Under the pieces are notes generated by a model. It worked only from the letters and a program-made list of their open reading frames with translations. It was not told where the DNA came from and did no database searches. This document shows positions 19,132-28,855 of a stretch of DNA of 64,000 nucleotides, piece after piece. Every line of letters begins with the position of its first letter. Positions within the stretch are counted from its first letter, which is position 1. This stretch comes from Candidatus Cloacimonadales bacterium (GTDB lineage Bacteria > Cloacimonadota > Cloacimonadia > Cloacimonadales > JAFGVF01), in the NCBI GenBank assembly GCA_963677495.2, contig CAXXOU010000004.1, positions 1,184,001 through 1,248,000 of the forward strand, read 5' to 3'. The translations under genes and the position numbers were made by a program.

Positions 19132-20859
19132 TTATTTCATAAGAATCATCTTCTTTGAAGCTTGATATGCACCAGCATTAAGCTTGTAGAAGTAGATACC
19201 ACTTGATACTTTATTATTGTTTGAATCAAATCCATCCCAAACAATACTATGTTTTCCTTCTGATAGTCTCTGATTAACTAGTGTATTCACTTTTTGACCT
19301 AAGACATTATAGATATCAAGAACTACATCTTCAGAGTTCTTCAGATTGAAACTGATAGTAGTTGTTGGATTAAATGGATTTGGATAGTTGCCAATTAACG
19401 CTGTAGCATTTGCAGCAACTTGATTATCTTCATTATCAGTAGTAGCTAAACCCGTTACTGAGAAGTTATCTAACATTAAGTAGAAAGCATCCTGTGAGAT
19501 ACAATTAACTGCTACACGAACTGTTTGGTTAGCATATGCAGAAAGGTCGATTGCAAGTTCAGTCCAGTCAACCGGAGCTTCAAGATACTGACCTGTAGAG
19601 ATAACAGTAAAATCAGCAGGATCAGTTGAACCATTTGAAACTGACACAGTAAATCTCTCTAATCCGTATTGAGCAGTAGCTGAACGAACCTGGAAACTAA
19701 CACTTGGAGAATCTCCAAGATTGAATTGTGGAGTAATAAGCCAGTCATTGTTGTAAGCACCGGCAGCAGGAACAGCATCAAAACACACAGCCATTTTATC
19801 ACCTTCATATGCTGACAAATCAGTTAATGCCGGAGTTGTGTTAGCTGGATTGAAGACGATAAACGCTTGAGGTTGATAAGCATTTGTCCAGTCAATACCG
19901 TTTAAGCCATATGATTCTAAGCCATCTACATCTACGTTCACCCAAGGATCGAAATCGATTGAGAAATCAGCATATTCTTCGAATCCATCTGTCCAATCAA
20001 CAAGACTTGGATCACTGTAACTAACTCTAACTGTGTTTGAGGCAGCAGATTCAATGTCATTATACAATGCGGTAACATAGTAATCATAGTTTCCATAACC
20101 CGGAAGGTTATCAGCATGTGTTAGAGTTGTAACAGAAGCTAAGAACTCTGTATTACGATAAACATTATATCCGGTAGGAGTATCATCAGCAGGGGCTTCC
20201 CAAGTTAACTGAACAAGTTGATCTAAATTGTCTGCTTGAAGGTTCTGAGGAGGATATGCAACGTCACCTGCTTCTATAACCACTCTAATGTTCCAATTTG
20301 AGTTTAAAGCAGGATTGATTTCATAAAGGTTTGACCACTCACCATCCATCATCATCTTGCTACCTTTATTCTGCACAGCAGGGCCGGCATCACAACCTGC
20401 AGGAAATCCACCGGTTGCAACAACTTCATAACCAACCCAGTAATCAACCGATGTATCGATTGTGATTGGATCAGTTAACGTAACTTCGTTCCAATTCTCA
20501 GTTTGGAATCCAGGTACATCCTGACTATAGACCTCGTTATCAGGATTTGCAACAGAAGTTCCTTCATAGACTTTAAGAGTAACTGCTGAAACAGAATCCC
20601 TTAAATAAAACTGCACTCTTTCGATTGTTGAACCGTTGTAAAGCCCAAGTTCATCAATAGTGAATCTTGAACATACAGTAAAGGTTATTGGCCCATCTAC
20701 ACCAATACCATCGTCATTGTCACCGTCATAATGAACGATAACTTCGTCTCTTGAGTTCGCAGGACTACCACCATTTGAACTCATTGAGCTGAACACAGGA
20801 TTAGCAACTAAACCTGCAACCATCACAAGTAAGAACACTAAACTAAGTGTTTTTCTCAT
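19132..20859 (-). CDS. Secreted protein with FN3, cleaved-adhesin/choice-of-anchor-J domain and FlgD-Ig/T9SS-like tail
   Basis: Signal peptide, PPQNL..LTWEAP..GYNVYRN, NNDWLITPQ, DLSAYANQTVRVA, GNYPNPFNPTTTISF..SSGIYFYKL..KKMILMK. Confidence 0.85.
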   Translation of the reverse strand: MRKTLSLVFLLVMVAGLVANPVFSSMSSNGGSPANSRDEVIVHYDGDNDDGIGVDGPITFTVCSRFTIDELGLYNGSTIERVQFYLRDSVSAVTLKVYEGTSVANPDNEVYSQDVPGFQTENWNEVTLTDPITIDTSVDYWVGYEVVATGGFPAGCDAGPAVQNKGSKMMMDGEWSNLYEINPALNSNWNIRVVIEAGDVAYPPQNLQADNLDQLVQLTWEAPADDTPTGYNVYRNTEFLASVTTLTHADNLPGYGNYDYYVTALYNDIESAASNTVRVSYSDPSLVDWTDGFEEYADFSIDFDPWVNVDVDGLESYGLNGIDWTNAYQPQAFIVFNPANTTPALTDLSAYEGDKMAVCFDAVPAAGAYNNDWLITPQFNLGDSPSVSFQVRSATAQYGLERFTVSVSNGSTDPADFTVISTGQYLEAPVDWTELAIDLSAYANQTVRVAVNCISQDAFYLMLDNFSVTGLATTDNEDNQVAANATALIGNYPNPFNPTTTISFNLKNSEDVVLDIYNVLGQKVNTLVNQRLSEGKHSIVWDGFDSNNNKVSSGIYFYKLNAGAYQASKKMILMK

Positions 20860-20915
20860 AAGTCTCTCCTAACTATTTTATTCTAACTACCAAATGCAAA
20901 AAAAGAAACTAGGTT

Positions 20916-21230
20916 TTAGTACACTTTGTGTAAGGGAACTAAATAGACTTTACCAATGTCTTTTCCTATAAAATCAATTCCTGCATGCTTAAGTTCCTCT
21001 AATATGAACTCAACCTGTTCTTCATCAGCAATTCCCATGATAACTTTACCATAGTCCCTTTGGGAACCATAGCTATCTCGGAAACTTGCAAACAATGGAA
21101 CATCGAAGACAAGCTTATGACCTATCGCCTCTCCCCCAAGAACGATAGTATCTTCAACTCCTGCCTCTGTAAGAGCCATAAGCACATCAGAAAGATATTT
21201 CTCTCTGAATAGATGCATTATCATATACAT
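20916..21230 (-). CDS. P-II-like regulatory protein
   Basis: 104 aa with LSDVLMALTEAGV, PLFASFR and C-terminal GKVYLVPL, a PII-fold-like pattern. Confidence 0.6.
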   Translation of the reverse strand: MYMIMHLFREKYLSDVLMALTEAGVEDTIVLGGEAIGHKLVFDVPLFASFRDSYGSQRDYGKVIMGIADEEQVEFILEELKHAGIDFIGKDIGKVYLVPLHKVY

Positions 21231-21242
21231 ATAAACTCCTGT

Positions 21243-22466
21243 TTACCCTTTAACCCGGGTTTCACCGGATTTAACCAGTCCGTGCTTAACAAGAACCGGA
21301 CCTATTAACATAATTATAAATGTAGTTACAGTCATTACACTTGTAATCTGAACAGATTGTTCAATATATCCTTCAGCCTCTAAATACTGTGCTGCAGCTA
21401 GGGATAATCCTATTGCAACACCAGCCTGTGAAAGCAATGTAAAACCAAGATACTTTCTCGTTTTCTCAGGAGCTTTTGCAACCGTTCCGCCTAACCAGGC
21501 ACCTGAATACTTACCTATCATACTAGCTATAATATAGAAAATAACTATAGGCAAATATGTCCATATCACTTTTGGGGCAAATCTGGAACCGATTAGCACA
21601 AAGAACCAAACATATATGGGTGGTGACCATTCACTCAACTGCTGGTTCATCTTTTTTAAGACTATAGGACTTAAATTTACAAGCACTATGCCGGAACACA
21701 TATTTAGAAGTATAGGCGATAATTCCAAGTACTCAGCTATAGCACAATTCAAGAGAATCATACCAAGTGAGAAATACATTATCATCAATCTATCATAAGT
21801 ACGCTTACCAATAAAATATAGCACATAACCAATTGCTGAGCCTATCAGGATTGATAGTCCAACTTCTTTACCTGCATGAAGTAGTGAACCTGCGATTGTG
21901 AGTTCTTTACTGCCAATAACTATTAGCGAAACCGGTAATGTGATAGTGAATATAAGCAGAGCAAAAATATCATCAAGTCCTAAGACTGCGTACAATGTAG
22001 TAGTCATATCACCTGATGCTCTATACTGCTTAATCACATCCACTGTTCCTGCAGGTGCAGTAGCGCAAGCAAAGGAGCCATAAATCATTCCCATCGCAAT
22101 ACTAAGGTTTAGAGGTTCACCAGAAAGCCTGAGCACAGCTGTAATTACAGTTCCAACTACTATAAATGCTGTAGTAGCTTCAAAGACAGTAATCAAAACG
22201 ATCATACTACCGAATCTTCGAAGTTTCTTTATTTGTAATTCACCACCAATACCAAAACCAATGAGCGATAAAGTCACAACATTGATTATATCGAAGCTTT
22301 GAAAATGTTCATGCTTAATTAGTCCTAACGTAGCAGGACCAATTAATGCACCTGCAATAATATAACCAAGCAACAATGGTGATTTAAGTAAAGAAACTCC
22401 TCTCGCAGTTAGTGCTGATAAGAGTAGAGTTACTGCAAGAAACAGAAATACTTCTGGTAAAGGCAT
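21243..22466 (-). CDS. Cation:proton antiporter (CPA2)
   Basis: GYIIAGALIGP, FGIGGEL, ATAPAGT, LGLDD, SQAGVAIGL. Confidence 0.88.
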   Translation of the reverse strand: MPLPEVFLFLAVTLLLSALTARGVSLLKSPLLLGYIIAGALIGPATLGLIKHEHFQSFDIINVVTLSLIGFGIGGELQIKKLRRFGSMIVLITVFEATTAFIVVGTVITAVLRLSGEPLNLSIAMGMIYGSFACATAPAGTVDVIKQYRASGDMTTTLYAVLGLDDIFALLIFTITLPVSLIVIGSKELTIAGSLLHAGKEVGLSILIGSAIGYVLYFIGKRTYDRLMIMYFSLGMILLNCAIAEYLELSPILLNMCSGIVLVNLSPIVLKKMNQQLSEWSPPIYVWFFVLIGSRFAPKVIWTYLPIVIFYIIASMIGKYSGAWLGGTVAKAPEKTRKYLGFTLLSQAGVAIGLSLAAAQYLEAEGYIEQSVQITSVMTVTTFIIMLIGPVLVKHGLVKSGETRVKG

Positions 22467-22924
22467 TATTTTTGATTACAGATAAGGTTATAGATTTCGT
22501 TTGAATCTTTAGCCTTAATCAGCTTTTTAAGAAACTTCTGATCCTTAAGCCTGAGCACTAATCTTGAAAGCAATCTGATATACTCTTTATCTTGAGTGTC
22601 GGAAGCACCAATCATGAATATTAGATGAACTGGTTTATCATCAATTGATTCATACTCAATACCATCTTTAGATCTTCCAAGAGCTATTGTGAAATCAGTA
22701 ACACCTTTTACTTTCGCATGAGGAACAGCAATACCATAACCGATACCTGTACTCATGAGCTTTTCTCTTTTGTAAATTGCATCTTCAAATGCATCTGCAT
22801 CAACTATCTTGGAGCTCTTGCTAATCAGTTGAACCATCTCCTTAAGAGCCTGGTCTTTGTCTGTTGATCCTAAATCAGCAATCAGTTCCACGGACATATA
22901 ATCTGATACGACTATTCTTTCCAT
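22466..22924 (-). CDS. PTS EIIA (fructose/Ntr-type) protein
   Basis: REKLMSTGIGYGIAVPHAK with the phosphorylatable His; DDKPVHLIFM. Confidence 0.9.
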   Translation of the reverse strand: MERIVVSDYMSVELIADLGSTDKDQALKEMVQLISKSSKIVDADAFEDAIYKREKLMSTGIGYGIAVPHAKVKGVTDFTIALGRSKDGIEYESIDDKPVHLIFMIGASDTQDKEYIRLLSRLVLRLKDQKFLKKLIKAKDSNEIYNLICNQK

Positions 22925-22993
22925 AGCACCTCTCCTATCTGTTTTTTTCTATCTTTAAGAATTGGTGATAATGTCAATCAATATTTCATGCAT

Positions 22994-23023
22994 AAAAAGA
23001 GGAGTTCCCACTTAGGAACTCCT
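22994..23023 (-). terminator. Intrinsic terminator after fhs
   Basis: AGGAGTTCC-loop-GGAACTCCT with an A-tract (U-tract on the minus strand). Confidence 0.8.
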
Positions 23024-23041
23024 ACATATTTTGTCAGTCTT

Positions 23042-24712
23042 CTAGAATAAGTTACTGATGTTACCGTCTTTATCAATATCCATGGCATTAGCTGATGGAA
23101 CTCTTGGAAGGCCCGGCATGAGCATAATTTCTCCCGTTACAGGTACTAGGAATCCTGCTCCTGCTGAGATATTAATCTCTCTAACAGTTACCAGGAAGTC
23201 TTTTGGCCTACCTAATAGTTTTGGATTATCTGAGAGTGACTTTTGCGTCTTAGCCATACAGATTGGTAACTCTGTTAATCCAAGTTTCTTAATAATTCTA
23301 AGATCCTGCTTCGCTTCAGGTGTAAAATCAACCTTAACTGCCCCATATATTTCAGATGCAATCTTAAAGATTTTATCTTTTACATCCATCTCCAATGAGT
23401 ATAGAGGACGTAGTGTACATTGGTCATGCTCAATCAAGTCTACCACCTTCTCTGCTAAATCAACTGCACCTTCTCCACCTTTGGCATGAGATTCAACTAT
23501 TGATGACTTAAATCCTTTTGAAGCTACGAAATCAGCTATCATCTGAAGTTCATCTTCACTATCTGATGTAAACCTGTTAATAGCAACAACAGACTTCATA
23601 CCAAACTTATTAATATTTTCAAGATGCTTTTCAAGATTCTCTAAACCTTTCTCTAAAGCTTCTAAATTGGGTTCAGTTAAATCTTTAACTTTTACACCAC
23701 CATGCAGCTTAAGTGCCCTAACTGTGGCTACTAGAACTACAGCATTAGTGCAGAAGCCACCCATACGGCAAACGATATCAAAGAACTTTTCAGCACCTAA
23801 ATCAAATCCAAATCCCGCTTCAGTTACTGCATATTCCGATAACCCTAATGCCATCTTTGTTGCAATAACACTGTTCGCTCCTTGTGCGATGTTAGCAAAT
23901 GGACCACCATGAACAATGGCTGGTGTATTCTCAGTAGTTTGCACAAGGTTTGGCTTAATGGCATCTTTTAATAAGGCTGCTATTGCACCCTCAAAACCAA
24001 GTTCTCTAACATAAACAGGCTTTTTATCGTATGTAAATCCTACTAGTATATTCCCGATACGCTCTTTTAAATCATCAATATCATTTGCTAAGCAAAGTAT
24101 CGCCATAATCTCAGAAGCAGGAGTAATCATAAAGTTCTCTTCCAATGGAAAACCTTGTTTCTTACCCCCTAGTCCTACAACCATACTCCTTAGCATTCTG
24201 TCATTAACATCCTGAACTCTCTTCCAGTTAATGGTTCGAGGGTCTAGATTGATAGGATTACCCCAAAAGATATAGTTATCAATTAAAGCAGATAGATTAT
24301 TATTTGCAGATGTTACAGCATGCATATCACCTGTGAAATGTAGATTAATATCTTCCATTGGTAGTACTTGAGAGTAACCACCACCTGCAGCACCACCTTT
24401 GATACCAAAAACAGGCCCTAGTGAAGGTTCTCGAATAGCAGCTACAGAGCTCTTTCCAATTTTGTTTAAAGCTTGTGAGAGTCCAATTGTTGTGGTTGTC
24501 TTGCCTTCACCGGCAGGAGTGGGAGTAATTGCAGAGACAAGAATCAGTTTTCCTCTTTCCTGTTTTCTGATTCTACTAACGGCCTCATAAGTGAGTTTAG
24601 CTTTGAACTTCCCGTAAAGTTCAAGTTCATCTTCGTGAATACCTATAGATTGGGCAATTTCAGTAATAGGTTTTATCTTAGTTTGCTTTGCAATATCTAA
24701 ATCGGTTAACAT
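23042..24712 (-). CDS. fhs: Formate-tetrahydrofolate ligase
   Basis: TPTPAGEGKTTT, GIKGGAAGGGYSQV, HGGPFANIA, TEAGFGFDLGAEKF, MPGLP. Confidence 0.97.
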   Translation of the reverse strand: MLTDLDIAKQTKIKPITEIAQSIGIHEDELELYGKFKAKLTYEAVSRIRKQERGKLILVSAITPTPAGEGKTTTTIGLSQALNKIGKSSVAAIREPSLGPVFGIKGGAAGGGYSQVLPMEDINLHFTGDMHAVTSANNNLSALIDNYIFWGNPINLDPRTINWKRVQDVNDRMLRSMVVGLGGKKQGFPLEENFMITPASEIMAILCLANDIDDLKERIGNILVGFTYDKKPVYVRELGFEGAIAALLKDAIKPNLVQTTENTPAIVHGGPFANIAQGANSVIATKMALGLSEYAVTEAGFGFDLGAEKFFDIVCRMGGFCTNAVVLVATVRALKLHGGVKVKDLTEPNLEALEKGLENLEKHLENINKFGMKSVVAINRFTSDSEDELQMIADFVASKGFKSSIVESHAKGGEGAVDLAEKVVDLIEHDQCTLRPLYSLEMDVKDKIFKIASEIYGAVKVDFTPEAKQDLRIIKKLGLTELPICMAKTQKSLSDNPKLLGRPKDFLVTVREINISAGAGFLVPVTGEIMLMPGLPRVPSANAMDIDKDGNISNLF

Positions 24713-24776
24713 ACAACCTCCTGTTAATAGTTTTGAGATAAACTAATCAAGAATGTTGTTTAAACAATGTCATATG

Positions 24777-26552
24777 CTAAAAAGAGTATTTTATCTCAGC
24801 AGATATCTCCCAGATACTATCTCGTCCTTCTTCAAACTCAGGATTCACTCTCACCATCACAGATGAGTTGAAATCAAAATAATAAGACGTTCTTATATCA
24901 AACTCAAGCTTCTCATCATCACCCCATTCATAAATAGGCGTAAAGGAAGTATTCCATTTGTTAAAGTACTTTGAGAAATCCCATTCAAGCGAATGATCTT
25001 CATTTCTCACTGTAATCAGATATACTTCATCAACTTTGCTCGCATCTTCACTTGTTAGATACTTATATCTAATCTCAGTATGGAAATAATCTCTTCTTAA
25101 CGCAAATCCTTGACCAAACTCTTTAAAAACAAACTCTTGAGTAACCAATGGTCTGTTATCCCAAGTCAAAGCATATTCAGCCATAATCTTACGGTAGAAT
25201 CTATCTGTAAAACTTCCCTCTTCGCTATATACATAATCTTTATAACTAGCATAAATCTGATAATTCTGTCTAAAGACAACATTATCATGCAGTAATATCT
25301 TAACTAATGGTCTAAAGTCGTAATCAGTTTTTTCGTAGTTATTACCTGAATAGGAACCTTTTATGTAGATTTCGTCATGCTTATGCCAACCGAAACTGAA
25401 CTCTGTGTATACATTTTTATATGGGAATAGCATTAACTTTGTATTGAGGAAATCAGTTACATTATCCTTGTCAGCATCATCAGTAGCATTTGGGTATTCT
25501 CTTCTGAATAGTTGCCTACTGAAGGATACTTCCAGTGTATCAGCGTCTAAGAAGTTATATGAGAAACCACCTAAAGCTCTTCTTGTTTCCTCTTTTCTAT
25601 CACCGGATCCCTCATCAAAACTCTTATCGAAATATGTGTAATGTAACTCTGAGTTGAAAGTAATAGTGTTCATAGGTATCGATAAGTATAAGCTCGATTC
25701 ATTAGTCCAATCATTACTATTCTTTAAAACACTATTCTCTACTTCATAACTGCTTGAATAGAAATTGTTAGTTAATGAAACATTATATCTATCCCAAAAC
25801 AACTCATCATAGTAAATGTTAAAATTGATGTTATCAACAGACTGTTCATCAGCTACTACAAACGTCTCATCAGTATTGGAAGTTGCCATAATCTTTTCTC
25901 GATTGAGATTATAGTTCATATCCGTTTTCAGATAGCGTGTTTCCCCGATATATCTCCAGTCCAAATTAGTATTAAACCTCTTATACTTCTTCCTGTCAGT
26001 ATATTTATCATCGTAAGTGGAAACCAAAGCAAAAGTACCATCTGCAATATCCGTTGAGTATCTAAGGTTTAGATTGTTTCCCGGGCCATTACTAACATAC
26101 TGCCTGTCAGTGGAAGTGTGTTCCTCTTTTGTGTAGAAATACTCTATTTTTCCTTCAATATACAAACTATCGGTAATTGAGTATCGCAAAAGTTGTCCAA
26201 CAGAACCTGAGTTAGTTAAAATCTTATCAGCAGAACTGATAGAGCTATCATAATCACTTTTCTTATATGATACAATATTCTGATGCATTAAGTTTTTAAA
26301 AAGGTATGAGGATTCCCATTTATGATTGGAAGTCTTAAATTCCTGATCTATTCTTCTGTTCAATCCCCAATCTGTATCAGTTGCATACTTCCACCTAAAT
26401 GCCCCTTTAAGAGCAGGTTTATATAGTAAATGAGATTGTATAGAAGTATCTTGGTCAAAACTTTTGAAGTTACCATCAAACATACTCTGTGCAACTAGGA
26501 AGTTACAACATAGGCAGGATAGCAGAATAGAGACTAAGAAACTCTTCTTCAT
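24777..26552 (-). CDS. Hypothetical protein, probable outer-membrane beta-barrel
   Basis: Signal peptide, Tyr/Phe/Ser/Asp-rich alternating strands, C-terminal EISAEIKYSF. Confidence 0.65.
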   Translation of the reverse strand: MKKSFLVSILLSCLCCNFLVAQSMFDGNFKSFDQDTSIQSHLLYKPALKGAFRWKYATDTDWGLNRRIDQEFKTSNHKWESSYLFKNLMHQNIVSYKKSDYDSSISSADKILTNSGSVGQLLRYSITDSLYIEGKIEYFYTKEEHTSTDRQYVSNGPGNNLNLRYSTDIADGTFALVSTYDDKYTDRKKYKRFNTNLDWRYIGETRYLKTDMNYNLNREKIMATSNTDETFVVADEQSVDNINFNIYYDELFWDRYNVSLTNNFYSSSYEVENSVLKNSNDWTNESSLYLSIPMNTITFNSELHYTYFDKSFDEGSGDRKEETRRALGGFSYNFLDADTLEVSFSRQLFRREYPNATDDADKDNVTDFLNTKLMLFPYKNVYTEFSFGWHKHDEIYIKGSYSGNNYEKTDYDFRPLVKILLHDNVVFRQNYQIYASYKDYVYSEEGSFTDRFYRKIMAEYALTWDNRPLVTQEFVFKEFGQGFALRRDYFHTEIRYKYLTSEDASKVDEVYLITVRNEDHSLEWDFSKYFNKWNTSFTPIYEWGDDEKLEFDIRTSYYFDFNSSVMVRVNPEFEEGRDSIWEISAEIKYSF

Positions 26553-27303
26553 TCAGGGTTTCACCTCTTCTTTTCAAGTCAATCGGACCTGATTCTTGAA
26601 GTTGGCTTATCTTTTCATTAGGTATAATTGATTTTAAGTTCACTCGTAGCATCTTACGTCTGTTTCTAAATGATGTTTCCACCAGATGCCAGAAAAACTT
26701 CTCATTCGATATTTGTGGTTGGTCTTCTCTCGGTACTAGTTTAATAACAGCAGAATCAACCTTCGGTGGTGGGGTAAAAAGATGTGGCGGGACAGTGAAC
26801 AGATACTGAGGTTTGTAATAGAACTGAGCTTTAAGGCTAAGTATACCATAAGCTTTTGTACCGGGACCTGCCATGATTCTTTCAGCAACTTCTTTTTGTA
26901 TCATCACTGTTATACTTGGGAAAAGATGTCTATAAGTAATAGCTTTAAAGATAAATGGAGATGTTATCTGATATGGCAAATTAGCAACAATCGCTGATCC
27001 TTCCGGTATCCCCAATTCTTCCCATTTTAGACGTAGTATATCCCAGTTAATCAATTCAATCTTATCTTCGAATCTATCTTTTAAGATTGGAATCAAGTCT
27101 TTATCAAGCTCCACTGCTGTTACTTTTGCTCCAACTTGTAGAAGCTCTTCAGTCAGAACTCCCTCACCCGGTCCAACCTCCAGAACGTTCATTCCTTCTG
27201 TTACTCCGGACTCCCGAACAATCTTTTTTATTATGTTCTTATCATGTAGGAAATGCTGTCCTAAAGCTTTTTTATGTTTATGTGTATATTCGATCTTCTT
27301 CAC
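26503..27303 (-). CDS. rsmA: 16S rRNA adenine dimethyltransferase
   Basis: KKALGQHFL, LEVGPGEG, ANLPYQITSP, QKEVAERI, PPPKVDSAV; GTG start. Confidence 0.95.
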   Translation of the reverse strand: MKKIEYTHKHKKALGQHFLHDKNIIKKIVRESGVTEGMNVLEVGPGEGVLTEELLQVGAKVTAVELDKDLIPILKDRFEDKIELINWDILRLKWEELGIPEGSAIVANLPYQITSPFIFKAITYRHLFPSITVMIQKEVAERIMAGPGTKAYGILSLKAQFYYKPQYLFTVPPHLFTPPPKVDSAVIKLVPREDQPQISNEKFFWHLVETSFRNRRKMLRVNLKSIIPNEKISQLQESGPIDLKRRGETLNEEEFLSLYSAILPML

Positions 27304-27598
27304 CTGTAATTTTTCTGTTGTTGAAACTAACTTTACGCTCGAAAATCAGTCAATGAATTTATAGAGTTTATCATTATGCTAGCGAACTGACTATTGAAAA
27401 CTGAATATGAACATCAACTCCAAGCGACAGATCGCATTGGATATTAAGCAAACATTCTATCAAAACTATTGGTGATAAAACTGAAATCTCCAAAGTTTGC
27501 AATCCATACTAATAGTTTTAAGCATCGTTATGTTTGTAGAAGTCTACTTCTTCTCTTTATTAAGTCGCATCAAGAGTTTTCTTGCACTGTTAAATAAG

Positions 27599-27619
27599 TT
27601 ATGCACACGATGTGGATAA
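27599..27619. promoter_or_regulatory. Inverted pair of DnaA boxes
   Basis: TTATGCACA-cga-TGTGGATAA; both match TTATNCACA. Confidence 0.55.
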
Positions 27620-27805
27620 CTTTAGGGTTTCATAGGGTGGGTCTAGGGAGGCTAAAGGGAGGGACTAGCGAGATTCCAGGTTTTTGATGCAGGACATACC
27701 AGACTCGTAGGGGACAAAGTGTTAAAATAATCGCCAAAAAGAAGTACCTAAATAATAAAAACTCGAGTCCACTTTCGAGACTAAACTTTTAACGAAGTTT
27801 GATAC

Positions 27806-27845
27806 AATCAACAGTTCGATTCCATACAGAATCGAACTGTTGATT
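27806..27845. repeat. Perfect 17-bp-stem palindrome
   Basis: AATCAACAGTTCGATTC-CATACA-GAATCGAACTGTTGATT. Confidence 0.8.
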
Positions 27846-27916
27846 AAAGCTTATCATTCCAGCTCACTCATTGTGTCATACACGTAAACTCAAATATAGT
27901 TAAGCCAAGAAACAAG

Positions 27917-28582
27917 TTAATAGAAATTATGAAAAATCCTCCAGTTCTGTTTCAATTGACCACGATCTATAAGTTCATTTTTAGAAAGTTCTTTCGCAGC
28001 ATCTTCAGACTCGAGATTTTCTAGCCTCATCTTCTCCCCTGCTTCATAACTCATTTCAGGATGAAATTGTGTACCCCAGATTCTTTTCCCTGTAACTCTG
28101 TAAGCTTGCACTTTGCATTCATTAGTAGAGGCCAAAATCTCGAAGTCAACTGTCAGATTACAAACTTCATCATAATGAGATTGAGCAAAGACAGGATTAA
28201 CAAGACCATCGAACAACTCATCCTTCTCAGTAGCCATTTTATGCCACCCAAACTCCGGGATATCTACTCTTCTACAAGCTGTGCTACCTAGAATTGTTCT
28301 AGCAATCATTTGATGACCGTGACAGATGCCGTAAATTGATTTATCTTTAGCGATAAAGTGATTTATCAACTCTATCAGATCATCATCAAATTCACTACCT
28401 TGAGAAGCTGAGAGCTCAGAACCGGACAAAAGAAGATGAGTGTATTTCGTTAAATCTACTTTGATAGGTAAGTCAGATAAATGATATATACCGTACTTCT
28501 TCATCGCATATATCTCGCTGATGAGTGCATCAAAACGCTCAGCAGCAGAAGTATCTTTTATTGTATTCATCACAAAAAGCAT
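27917..28582 (-). CDS. Class I glutamine amidotransferase-like protein
   Basis: GICHGHQ nucleophile, SHYDEV, QFHPE. Confidence 0.88.
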   Translation of the reverse strand: MLFVMNTIKDTSAAERFDALISEIYAMKKYGIYHLSDLPIKVDLTKYTHLLLSGSELSASQGSEFDDDLIELINHFIAKDKSIYGICHGHQMIARTILGSTACRRVDIPEFGWHKMATEKDELFDGLVNPVFAQSHYDEVCNLTVDFEILASTNECKVQAYRVTGKRIWGTQFHPEMSYEAGEKMRLENLESEDAAKELSKNELIDRGQLKQNWRIFHNFY

Positions 28583-28648
28583 TAATTCTCCCTTTAGAAA
28601 AGGGCACCATATGCTAATGCACAGATGCCCGATAATTGCATAAAATAA

Positions 28649-28846
28649 CTAACCGTAATAATGTTCTATCTGGTTTAGAATATTATTTAGAAACTCACCT
28701 GAATTCTCAGGAGTGATTGATTTAGAATCACCATTATCAAATCTAATCATTATAGTACCGAATTGATTTGAGACTTCCCTAATCTTGTGAATTACAACAA
28801 ACTCAGAACCGTTTTGTTCTTCAGAAACATCAATTACTGATTTCAT
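28649..28846 (-). CDS. Small hypothetical protein
   Basis: GAGG RBS; follows the cyclophilin gene by 9 bp. Confidence 0.6.
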   Translation of the reverse strand: MKSVIDVSEEQNGSEFVVIHKIREVSNQFGTIMIRFDNGDSKSITPENSGEFLNNILNQIEHYYG

Positions 28847-28855
28847 TATTACCTC

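Noticed and set aside
27621..27665. G-quadruplex or telomere-like TTAGGG repeats
   Set aside because: GGG runs are present and a G4 is formally possible, but the units are not TTAGGG tandem repeats. The 11-bp phasing shared with family D explains the pattern better.
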